Virus record (IMG/VR): IMGVR_UViG_3300035670_007376
Span: 18,905-82,904 of that record
From: a virus
Taxonomy: Duplodnaviria > Heunggongvirae > Uroviricota > Caudoviricetes
Length of the DNA stretch: 64,000 nt
Direction: 5' to 3' (one strand)
Below the pieces are notes generated by a model. The model was not told where the DNA came from and searched no databases. It worked only from the letters and a program-made list of their open reading frames with translations. Of this stretch, positions 56,871-64,000 are shown piece by piece (the stretch's first letter is position 1; every line of letters begins with the position of its first letter). The position numbers and the translations under genes were made by a program.

Positions 56871-57935
56871 ATGAATTATATAGGAAGTAAATTAAGACTC
56901 TTAGGATTCTTAGAGGAGTCAATAAAGAATGTTGTTGGTGACGGAAAGTTCTCCTTCTGTGACCTTTTTGCTGGTACTGGTACCGTTGGAGTACACTTTA
57001 AAAAAATTGGATATGAAGTCATTTCAAATGATTTACAATATTATAGTTATGTTCTTAACAAACATCTAATCGAAAATAACGGTGTTTTTAAATTTCAAAA
57101 CCTTACAACTGTAATAACAGAATTGGGAAACATAAACGATGAGGAGAAACCAAAAATTGTGTGTGATTATTTAAATAACTTACCATTAAGTGATGGTTTT
57201 ATTTATAACAATTACTCATCGGGTGGTACAATAAATGACGAATTTACTCGACTATATTTTTCAGATGAAAACGCTAAAATTTGTGACACAATAAGAACAA
57301 AATTAAATGAGTGGAAAGAGAATAATTTAATAACAGATAATGAATTTTATTTTCTTTTGGCTTCTCTAATTGAGTCTGTAGATGAGAAAGCAAACACCAC
57401 TTCAGTATATGGTGCGTTCCTTAAAAGTTTTAAGAAAAGTGCATTAAGTAAAGTTGTTATAAAACCAATGCAAATTGTTGAAAGTGTTTGTGATAATAAA
57501 GTTCACAATAAAGATGCAAACGAATTGGTTAAAGAATTTCATTGTGATATTATGTATTTGGACCCACCATATAATAATCGAGTGTATGGTGATAACTATC
57601 ACCTTTTGGAGACCATTGCGAAATATGATAACCCAGAAATTAAGGGGAAAACCGGTAACAGGTTAGAAAAAACAAAATCAGATTACTCCAAAAAAACCGA
57701 AGTTAAAAAGGCGTTTGTTGACCTAATTAATAACATATCAGCAAAGTACATCTTCTTAAGTTATAATAATGAGGGCCTTTTATCTTTAGATGAAATAAAA
57801 GAAATTATGTCAACTAAAGGTGAGTATGGTCTCTTTACTAAAGAATATCAAAGATATAAGTCAGATAAAGATGAGAATAGAAATCATAAGGATATCCAAA
57901 CTTATGAATACTTGCACTATGTAAAATGTGGATAA
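56871..57935 (+). CDS. D12-class N6-adenine DNA methyltransferase (Dam-like)
   Basis: MNYIGSKLRLL (xYxGxK), FAGTGTVG, MYLDPPY. Confidence 0.85.
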   Translation: MNYIGSKLRLLGFLEESIKNVVGDGKFSFCDLFAGTGTVGVHFKKIGYEVISNDLQYYSYVLNKHLIENNGVFKFQNLTTVITELGNINDEEKPKIVCDYLNNLPLSDGFIYNNYSSGGTINDEFTRLYFSDENAKICDTIRTKLNEWKENNLITDNEFYFLLASLIESVDEKANTTSVYGAFLKSFKKSALSKVVIKPMQIVESVCDNKVHNKDANELVKEFHCDIMYLDPPYNNRVYGDNYHLLETIAKYDNPEIKGKTGNRLEKTKSDYSKKTEVKKAFVDLINNISAKYIFLSYNNEGLLSLDEIKEIMSTKGEYGLFTKEYQRYKSDKDENRNHKDIQTYEYLHYVKCG

Positions 57936-58026
57936 CTTCTTAATTTTTTTTTAATATTATTTTTTTATTTGAAATATACATGTTACTTTTGTGATGTTAA
58001 TAAAATTTTAACTAAACAAAAAAAAC

Positions 58027-59568
58027 ATGGAAAAATTAGTTACAGACACTATAAGTGTGTCTCAAAACGAAGTGAGTGGAAATCTCACATCAACAATTGT
58101 CAAAAACATTGAAGTTTCTGACAGATACTTTTTAGAATCTCTAAGAAGTTCTAATTACGACATCTATAAAGCCATTTACGAATTATTGGACAATGGTATC
58201 GATGCCGGTGCAACACGAATTGAGATTATATTTGACAAAGAACGAGACATTATCATCATAAAAGATAATGGTTCAGGAATGTCATCAAATAGATTAATGA
58301 AATCTATGGATTTGGGTTGTGATAACGTTTACACACAAAATCAAATTGGTTATTTTGGTGTCGGAATGAAGACAGGTATTCTTAACATCATCGACATTAA
58401 TAAAGACAACCCAACTATTTCGTTGATAACAAATGATGGTTACCAAACCACAAAATTATCTTGGGAACCAAAAAAGAATGTTAAGGAAATTAAATACGAC
58501 GTTGTCAGAGACACAAACCACGAAAGAGGTACGACGATTATAATAACGGGATGTAAGTATTTTAATCCCGCACCATTTAAAAATAGTGCCGGTGTAGTTT
58601 TTTATCCAACATTAAAAAATGGGACTGTAAAAATTTTCCTTAATGAAGATGAGATAATTGGAACAGACCCACTCTATCGAGATAGAGAAAAAACAATATC
58701 TAATTTTGTTGATTCGGTAGTTGAGAATGAAACAATTCGAATAAACACCGTAGTCATTGATGAATATGAAGAAAGAACACCATGGGATGCAAAAAAGGGA
58801 CCCAATGGTGGTTGGGCATTTGCTAAGGCTGGTTGTTATGTAATTTATGGTGGTAGATACATTGAAGTTGGAGGAACATCAATCATTGATAGACCTTTCG
58901 ACTCTTGGTGGAGTAGAACGAGAATTGAATTTACCGTACCAAAAAATTTAACAGAGTCTTTTGAAGTACCATTTAATAAAGTATCTGGTTTAAAGGTACC
59001 GAGAGAAAAGATGCCAGACTTGTGGAGTAAAATATGGGACCAACTAACTTGGGGTAGCAATATTAGAGGTAAAAGTAAAAAACCTGACGCAACGAAAGAT
59101 GAGATAGAGGAGAACGATGAGTTAGTAAAACAATTAAATAAGTCGGCGTTCAATGCAGGAATTAAATCCCCTAAAACTGAAGAAGAAAATAAAAAGGAAG
59201 TTACTTTTAAAGCTAATCCTAATAAAGTAAAAACTGAAAAAGAGACACCAACAATAAAGGCTCGAATTGTTGAAAAACAAATTTATGATTTTAAATTTGA
59301 AAACATGGGTACAACATCTGTTTTTTGGAGATTGGCCTATGAGAAAAACAAATTCACCATTTATTTAAACACCTCACATGGTTTTTATCGTGAAGTATAT
59401 TCTGATTTAAATAAAAAGGCTAAGTTTGGTGTGATGCAATTATTGGCATCCATTGCACTAACCCAATATAGAATCGATGAATTAGGTGTTAGTTCAAATG
59501 ACGAATTCTTTTGGGACACGTATTGGAGCGACGTCTCACTTCAATTGATGAAGATAATGAATAATTAA
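58027..59568 (+). CDS. GHKL-family ATPase (HATPase_c_3 / MORC-like)
   Basis: ELLDNGIDAGATRIEIIF...IIIKDNGSGM...IGYFGVGMKTG gives the Bergerat-fold N, G1 and G2 boxes. Confidence 0.65.
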   Translation: MEKLVTDTISVSQNEVSGNLTSTIVKNIEVSDRYFLESLRSSNYDIYKAIYELLDNGIDAGATRIEIIFDKERDIIIIKDNGSGMSSNRLMKSMDLGCDNVYTQNQIGYFGVGMKTGILNIIDINKDNPTISLITNDGYQTTKLSWEPKKNVKEIKYDVVRDTNHERGTTIIITGCKYFNPAPFKNSAGVVFYPTLKNGTVKIFLNEDEIIGTDPLYRDREKTISNFVDSVVENETIRINTVVIDEYEERTPWDAKKGPNGGWAFAKAGCYVIYGGRYIEVGGTSIIDRPFDSWWSRTRIEFTVPKNLTESFEVPFNKVSGLKVPREKMPDLWSKIWDQLTWGSNIRGKSKKPDATKDEIEENDELVKQLNKSAFNAGIKSPKTEEENKKEVTFKANPNKVKTEKETPTIKARIVEKQIYDFKFENMGTTSVFWRLAYEKNKFTIYLNTSHGFYREVYSDLNKKAKFGVMQLLASIALTQYRIDELGVSSNDEFFWDTYWSDVSLQLMKIMNN

Positions 59569-59573
59569 ATTCC

Positions 59574-59604
59574 AATCCCTACAGAAATGTGGGGATTTTT
59601 TTTT
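59574..59604 (+). terminator. rho-independent terminator
   Basis: AAUCCCUACA-gaaa-UGUGGGGAUU (one G-U pair) followed by T9. Confidence 0.75.
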
Positions 59605-59611
59605 GTTATAT

Positions 59612-59642
59612 TTTGGAATATCCGAAATAATATGTATATTTG
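59612..59642 (+). promoter_or_regulatory. Bacteroidetes-type promoter TTTG-19nt-TATATTTG
   Basis: TTTG at 59612..59615, 19-nt spacer, TATATTTG at 59635..59642, 18 nt upstream of the ATG at 59661. Confidence 0.6.
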
Positions 59643-59660
59643 TCAAATAAACTTATTAAC

Positions 59661-60161
59661 ATGGGGACAAATTACTATAGAATACCGACACACGAGGAAA
59701 TGGAGGCTCGTAAAGAAACCTTAATTGGTTTTGTAAATAATCTTAACTTATCCGCATCAGATGTTGCGAGTGGATTTAAATTCATAAGCCCAAGAAAGGA
59801 TTGGGAATGGTTTTCACCGTGGGAAATGTTTTTAGAGGACACTAACATTCATTTGGGTAAACGGAGTAGTGGTTGGAAATTTTGTTGGAATTTTCACAAT
59901 AACAAATACTATTCAAACAAAGAAGAACTATTAACATTTATACGTTCTGGTCGTGTTGTGGATGAATATAATGAAGAACAAGATGTTGAGGAGTTTATCA
60001 TAATGGCACTTGAGTGGGGTGAACCCGACGGATTGGTTGTTAATGCGGAATATAGAAAACAAAAAAGATTAAATGGGATGGGTTCATTTTTTGATGACCC
60101 GAGATATGACGATTTAATAATCGATGGACTTCGTGTAAGTTCGGCAACAGATTTTTGTTAA
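59661..60161 (+). CDS. hypothetical protein
   Basis: The track start at 59640 is a TTG inside the -7 box. The ATG at 59661 is used here. Confidence 0.45.
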   Translation: MGTNYYRIPTHEEMEARKETLIGFVNNLNLSASDVASGFKFISPRKDWEWFSPWEMFLEDTNIHLGKRSSGWKFCWNFHNNKYYSNKEELLTFIRSGRVVDEYNEEQDVEEFIIMALEWGEPDGLVVNAEYRKQKRLNGMGSFFDDPRYDDLIIDGLRVSSATDFC

Positions 60162-60619
60162 TTATAAAAAATTACTTTGTGAAATTTGAACCACTTCATT
60201 TTTTCTTTGGATTGTATTGGGTGTTATCCATTTTATATTGTTTTAGATGGCACCATAGAAAGGGTAATCTTAATTATAGTACTTTCTTTATGTCTTTAAT
60301 AATTGGACCTGCGATGGTGCTTATTCTTATGGACGATGACCAACACACAAAAAAAATTAATAGTGAAAATGTAGAACGAAACGACAGGAAACGAAGATGG
60401 TTTAGAACGATGTCTGAAATTAACAGACAAACAATACCAAGTTTTGGTAGAACTATTCCACCTCCACCACCAATGTCACGTATTGAACGAATGCAATCAG
60501 ATAGAGATGATGCAATTAGAATGGCAAGAGAAAGACTTAATTTAGGTGAAGTTAGAGGTGAGTGGAGAAGACAAAATGGAATTAACAATTTAAAAGATTT
60601 TAAATTTTTCAGAGGATGA
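60155..60619 (+). CDS. membrane protein with C-terminal FKFFRG motif
   Basis: Two TM segments, a PPPP segment, C-terminal ...NNLKDFKFFRG. Confidence 0.45.
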   Translation: MLIIKNYFVKFEPLHFFFGLYWVLSILYCFRWHHRKGNLNYSTFFMSLIIGPAMVLILMDDDQHTKKINSENVERNDRKRRWFRTMSEINRQTIPSFGRTIPPPPPMSRIERMQSDRDDAIRMARERLNLGEVRGEWRRQNGINNLKDFKFFRG

Positions 60620-60993
60620 TGAATTGTGATTCAATAAATCAATTGATTAAATTAAGTGATGAACCTGGAAAAATATCCGATGGTTACCACACATTTGATG
60701 AACTATATGAGTTTAGAAAACTATATAATGCGGCATTGTTCAATGAGTGGGCTGCTAGTGGAAAATATTCGGTAATGAAATCATTCCATCATAGTGACGG
60801 AACAAAATGTTTTGGTGGATGGTTCATAGTGATTGCACAACTCCCAACCGGACAAATATCAAATCATTATAAACTAGAAGATTGGGATTTATTTGATTGT
60901 GATATCATTCGATACCCACCACAGTTCGATGGTCACACACCACAAGATGTATTAACAAGATTAAAAGATTTAATAGATGATAAAAATAGATGA
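60616..60993 (+). CDS. hypothetical protein
   Basis: 125-aa ORF. Confidence 0.4.
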   Translation: MMNCDSINQLIKLSDEPGKISDGYHTFDELYEFRKLYNAALFNEWAASGKYSVMKSFHHSDGTKCFGGWFIVIAQLPTGQISNHYKLEDWDLFDCDIIRYPPQFDGHTPQDVLTRLKDLIDDKNR

Positions 60994-61630
60994 TAACATT
61001 AAAGTGTGGATTACATCCGACACACATTATAGTCACACCAACATATGTAGAGGTGTGACAAATTGGAGAATGCCTGATGGGTCAATACCCGAAAAACAAA
61101 CAAGAGATTTCCCAACGGTGGAAAAGATGAACTCAGCAATTGTAAATAACATTAACGAATTAGTTGGTCAAGATGATGTGTTGATACATCTTGGTGATTG
61201 GTCATTTGGTGGGTTTGAAAACATCGAGGAGTTTTACAATCGATTGGTTTGTAAGAACATACATTTGATTCTTGGTAATCATGACCATCACATTGATAGA
61301 AATCGTGGTGGTGTCAGAGACTTATTCAAATCAGTAAGTTGGTTCGACCAGTTCCAATACCAAGGTGAAACAATTGAGTGTTGCCATTACCCAATCAGTT
61401 CTTGGAATGGACTTCGTAAAGGTCGTATTCATTTACATGGACATTGTCACTTACCATTCGATAAAAAGATTAGTAATGGTCGACGTATGGATATAGGTAT
61501 GGATGGTAGTATGGAATTTGCACCATATGAATTAAAGGAAGTAATCAAGGCACTTAAGAAACATAAGATTGGTTCTGAAATGGGTGCCGATGACCACCAT
61601 ATGGATGATATGCAAAATGTTGACCGATAA
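60977..61630 (+). CDS. calcineurin-like metallophosphoesterase
   Basis: VWITSDTHYSH, LGDWSFGG, ILGNHDHH, HLHGHCH. Confidence 0.75.
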   Translation: MIKIDDNIKVWITSDTHYSHTNICRGVTNWRMPDGSIPEKQTRDFPTVEKMNSAIVNNINELVGQDDVLIHLGDWSFGGFENIEEFYNRLVCKNIHLILGNHDHHIDRNRGGVRDLFKSVSWFDQFQYQGETIECCHYPISSWNGLRKGRIHLHGHCHLPFDKKISNGRRMDIGMDGSMEFAPYELKEVIKALKKHKIGSEMGADDHHMDDMQNVDR

Positions 61631-61666
61631 TTTTTTTATTTCAAATATTTTTATTATATTTTTTTT

Positions 61667-61909
61667 ATGACATTAGATGAGATACTTGAAGTTTACGACG
61701 ATTTAGAAATTCTAAAAGCCGATGGGTTTGATACTGCGGTAATTGGGATTGAGGTAAAGACTGGTAGATTAGTATATGATATCAGTAAAATGATTCAGAT
61801 ATTAATGGAAAATGATAACATGACAGAAGAAGAATCGATTGAACATATTGATTTTAATGTGATTGGTTCATATGTTGGGGAACTAACACCTATTTTTATC
61901 ACCATATGA
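61667..61909 (+). CDS. hypothetical protein
   Basis: 80-aa ORF. Confidence 0.4.
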   Translation: MTLDEILEVYDDLEILKADGFDTAVIGIEVKTGRLVYDISKMIQILMENDNMTEEESIEHIDFNVIGSYVGELTPIFITI

Positions 61910-62013
61910 AAAAATTGATACAATTTTTTCAGGACATTTTGTTAGGATTCAAAATTGCCGAAGAGAATAGGGGTAAATCCCAATGGGGAAAGTTTTAAAT
62001 AAATCAAAATAAT

Positions 62014-62451
62014 ATGAATATTAAACAAGCACTTAAGAAAAAAAACAAACTCGTTGGTTTAATTAATGAGGAGTTTTACAAGGCGTCACAATATAATGTG
62101 ATTGAAGAAGGAAATAGTCGTCCTTATTCTGCAACCGAATCAATTGGTAAATGGATGCAATTAACTAATGAATTGATTGTGTTGAAAACACAGATTCATA
62201 AAGCAAATTTACCTGTTTATGATAAAATTTTTGAGTTATCTGAATTAAAGAATCAAGTTAAACATTTGAAATCTCTTAATTGTAATTCAGGTAAAGTTAA
62301 TGGGGGTAGATGGGGAGAAGGTGAACCAGTAATCAAACACGCAGAAATCAACATAGTTGAAAAAGATACAATGGTTAAAAATTTGGAATCAAGAATAGAA
62401 CAACTCCAAGATGATTTAGACCAATGGAATCACAACACTGTGATTGATTAA
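62014..62451 (+). CDS. hypothetical coiled-coil protein
   Basis: 145-aa ORF. Confidence 0.4.
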   Translation: MNIKQALKKKNKLVGLINEEFYKASQYNVIEEGNSRPYSATESIGKWMQLTNELIVLKTQIHKANLPVYDKIFELSELKNQVKHLKSLNCNSGKVNGGRWGEGEPVIKHAEINIVEKDTMVKNLESRIEQLQDDLDQWNHNTVID

Positions 62452-62488
62452 AAATATTGGTTGGGGGAGAGGGGAGGATTTATAAATC

Positions 62489-62695
62489 ATGGTTAAAGAC
62501 TTCATGTCTTTTGCAAACAATTATACTATAAAGTCTGATAAACTGATGAAGTTAGTGAATTCAACAATTAACAATCAAATAGTCAACAGTTACACATTAA
62601 ACTTTAAAACTCCTTCAAGATTTATTTTATCCAAGCCTCAAACTCAACCATCTTTACAAACTTACAAAACCAAAAAACATGAAAGACTTATTTAA
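62489..62695 (+). CDS. small hypothetical protein
   Basis: 68-aa ORF. Confidence 0.3.
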   Translation: MVKDFMSFANNYTIKSDKLMKLVNSTINNQIVNSYTLNFKTPSRFILSKPQTQPSLQTYKTKKHERLI

Positions 62696-63077
62696 GAAAG
62701 TTTTCTCAGAGAAAACATCATCACCCATCTTTGTTGGGTTCGGTGTATTTGCAATTTTTACATTTATCGTATTTCCAGGATTAACTGTTGCAAGTACAAT
62801 CTTTAATATTCTCTCAGCTTTATTGGGGTTATTTACTCTTATTTTTGTATTTTACTACTTAAGAGTTGATAAAATATATGAGTCAATGACTCATGTTGAA
62901 CCCGGTGAAACTGAGTTGGATTATATAAATCCAGAAGAATTAAAACCGAAGAGGAAGACGACGAAAAAGAAAACAACTAAACCTGAATTTCCAATGGCAC
63001 CTCACCATACAAGAACCGAAAAGGTGTCGAACGTCAAAGAGAAAGTTAAAAAATCAACAAATAAAAACTTAAAATAA
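62679..63077 (+). CDS. membrane protein with basic C-terminus
   Basis: 132 aa, two TM segments. Confidence 0.4.
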   Translation: MKDLFKKVFSEKTSSPIFVGFGVFAIFTFIVFPGLTVASTIFNILSALLGLFTLIFVFYYLRVDKIYESMTHVEPGETELDYINPEELKPKRKTTKKKTTKPEFPMAPHHTRTEKVSNVKEKVKKSTNKNLK

Positions 63078-63078
63078 C

Positions 63079-63993
63079 ATGGGATACGAAAGTTTTGAAG
63101 AACGTTATGCTCGTCAAATGAAAGAACGAGAAGAATTAAAATTAGAACAACAATTAAAAACAAAAAAAATTATGAAAAACATTTTAGTAGGGGTTGCGGT
63201 ATTTTTTACATTAACATTTTTATTTTTCTCTTGTGAGAGAATCGATGCTGGACATGTAGGTGTCAAAGTAAATCAGTATGGTGATAACAAAGGTGTGGAT
63301 GACGTAGTGGCTGTAACCGGTATGGTATTCTATAATCCGTTTACAACTCGAGTATACGAATTCCCAACGTTTATTCAACATAAAGAATACAAAGGGGACA
63401 ACTCATTTATTGTGAACAGTAAAGATGGTTCTGAATTTGCAGTATCTCCAATCATGAACTATTCAGTACAAAGAGAAAAGGTTCCGGCAATCTTTTCAAA
63501 ATATCGTAGACCTTTAGAAGATATTGAAGAGGGATTCTTAAAGACGGCCGTGTATGATGCGTTTAGATTGGCAACTAACAAATATACCGCCGATGAATTA
63601 ATTAGTAATCGTGCAGTATTTGAAGTTGAGGTTCGTAGATTATTAGATGCTCAACTATTAAAAGAAGGTTTCGTGATTAATCAATTTACATCTAATTTGA
63701 TTTATCCTGAAACATTTAAGAAATCAATTGAAGCTAAGAACAACGCAGTTCAAGCTGCACTGAGAGCGGAGAATGAAGTTAAAACCGCAGAAGCTCAAGC
63801 TAAGATTAAAGTTGCAACCGCTGAAGGTAACGCACAAGCTTTATTAACATCTGCTAAGGCGGAAGCTGAGGCAAATAGAATGAAACAACAAACATTGACA
63901 CCATTACTTATTCAAATGGAATATGTTAATAAGTGGGATGGTAAGTTACCTGTTTATGGTCAAGTACCACAACTATTCAAAAATATAAATTAA
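63079..63993 (+). CDS. SPFH/band-7 (prohibitin/HflK-like) membrane protein
   Basis: N-terminal TM, then an SPFH-type core and a coiled-coil Ala/Glu-rich C-terminus (AALRAENEVKTAEAQAKIKVATAEGNAQALL). Confidence 0.6.
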   Translation: MGYESFEERYARQMKEREELKLEQQLKTKKIMKNILVGVAVFFTLTFLFFSCERIDAGHVGVKVNQYGDNKGVDDVVAVTGMVFYNPFTTRVYEFPTFIQHKEYKGDNSFIVNSKDGSEFAVSPIMNYSVQREKVPAIFSKYRRPLEDIEEGFLKTAVYDAFRLATNKYTADELISNRAVFEVEVRRLLDAQLLKEGFVINQFTSNLIYPETFKKSIEAKNNAVQAALRAENEVKTAEAQAKIKVATAEGNAQALLTSAKAEAEANRMKQQTLTPLLIQMEYVNKWDGKLPVYGQVPQLFKNIN

Positions 63994-64000
63994 TTTGTAT

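Noticed and set aside
1-64000. Giant eukaryotic virus (Mimiviridae or chlorovirus-like) origin. This was suggested by the AT-richness, collagen-like repeats, the glycosylation genes, vSET and P4H, and AAAATTGA-like strings (for example near 10331 and 26689)
   Set aside because: Canonical rho-independent terminators, Bacteroidetes TTTG-19-TAnnTTTG promoters, the S74 tail-fibre domain, the PG-binding/M23/GH24 lysin and a secreted NlpC/P60 point to a bacteriophage. AAAATTGA occurrences are expected by chance at 30% GC and are not positioned consistently.
1-64000. tRNA genes
   Set aside because: No GTTCRANYC T-loop or cloverleaf-compatible stretch was noticed in the few non-coding gaps. This cannot be excluded without tRNAscan.

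Overview
This is a very AT-rich (about 30% GC), densely coding window whose genes are almost all on the + strand, apart from one 8 kb minus-strand operon (28842..36826). I read it as part of a large bacteriophage or phage-like element that probably infects a Bacteroidota host. The evidence for phage is: rho-independent terminators (GC hairpin plus T-run at 28834..28862, 55948..55980 and 59574..59604); a Ser/Thr-rich collagen-like fibre with a peptidase-S74 intramolecular-chaperone C-terminus; a PG-binding/M23/GH24 lysin; D12 N6-adenine, C5-cytosine and beta-class N-methyltransferases; a metallophosphoesterase; an SPFH protein; a long thymidylate synthase; and many small ORFs. The evidence for a Bacteroidota host is: three promoters with the Bacteroidetes sigma-A architecture TTTG-19nt-TAnnTTTG, and no Shine-Dalgarno sequences. 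The first ~36 kb is a huge glycan biosynthesis and decoration island. It contains a plant-type GDP-mannose 3,5-epimerase, a NodU/CmcH carbamoyltransferase, at least 12 glycosyltransferase domains (GT2, GT4, GT9, GT-A/beta4GalT-like), FkbM/CmcI-type O-methyltransferases, three sulfotransferases, an APS-kinase/HIGH-nucleotidyltransferase/DUF2061 module for PAPS supply, a flavin-dependent tryptophan-type halogenase, five 2OG-Fe(II) oxygenase paralogs, an SDR epimerase/dehydratase and a vSET-like SET-domain protein. The island sits directly around the (Gly-Ser/Thr-Ser)n fibre gene, which has hundreds of hydroxyl side chains. My working hypothesis is that the island builds a methylated, carbamoylated, sulfated and perhaps halogenated O-glycan coat on this fibre; that would be an undescribed phage glyco-fibre system. 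Other notable items are: a protein with a Hint/intein-C-like terminus followed by a 28-aa Cys-rich tail; a Dam-like MTase flanked by an unknown gene and a MORC-like GHKL ATPase, which may be an R-M or defence-like module; phage-borne IscA and AdoMet-decarboxylase-like genes; tandem paralog families; a perfect 22-bp palindrome in the divergent control region; and several small ORFs below the 60-aa cutoff of the supplied track. Every function here is assigned from motifs I read by eye. No database search was possible.
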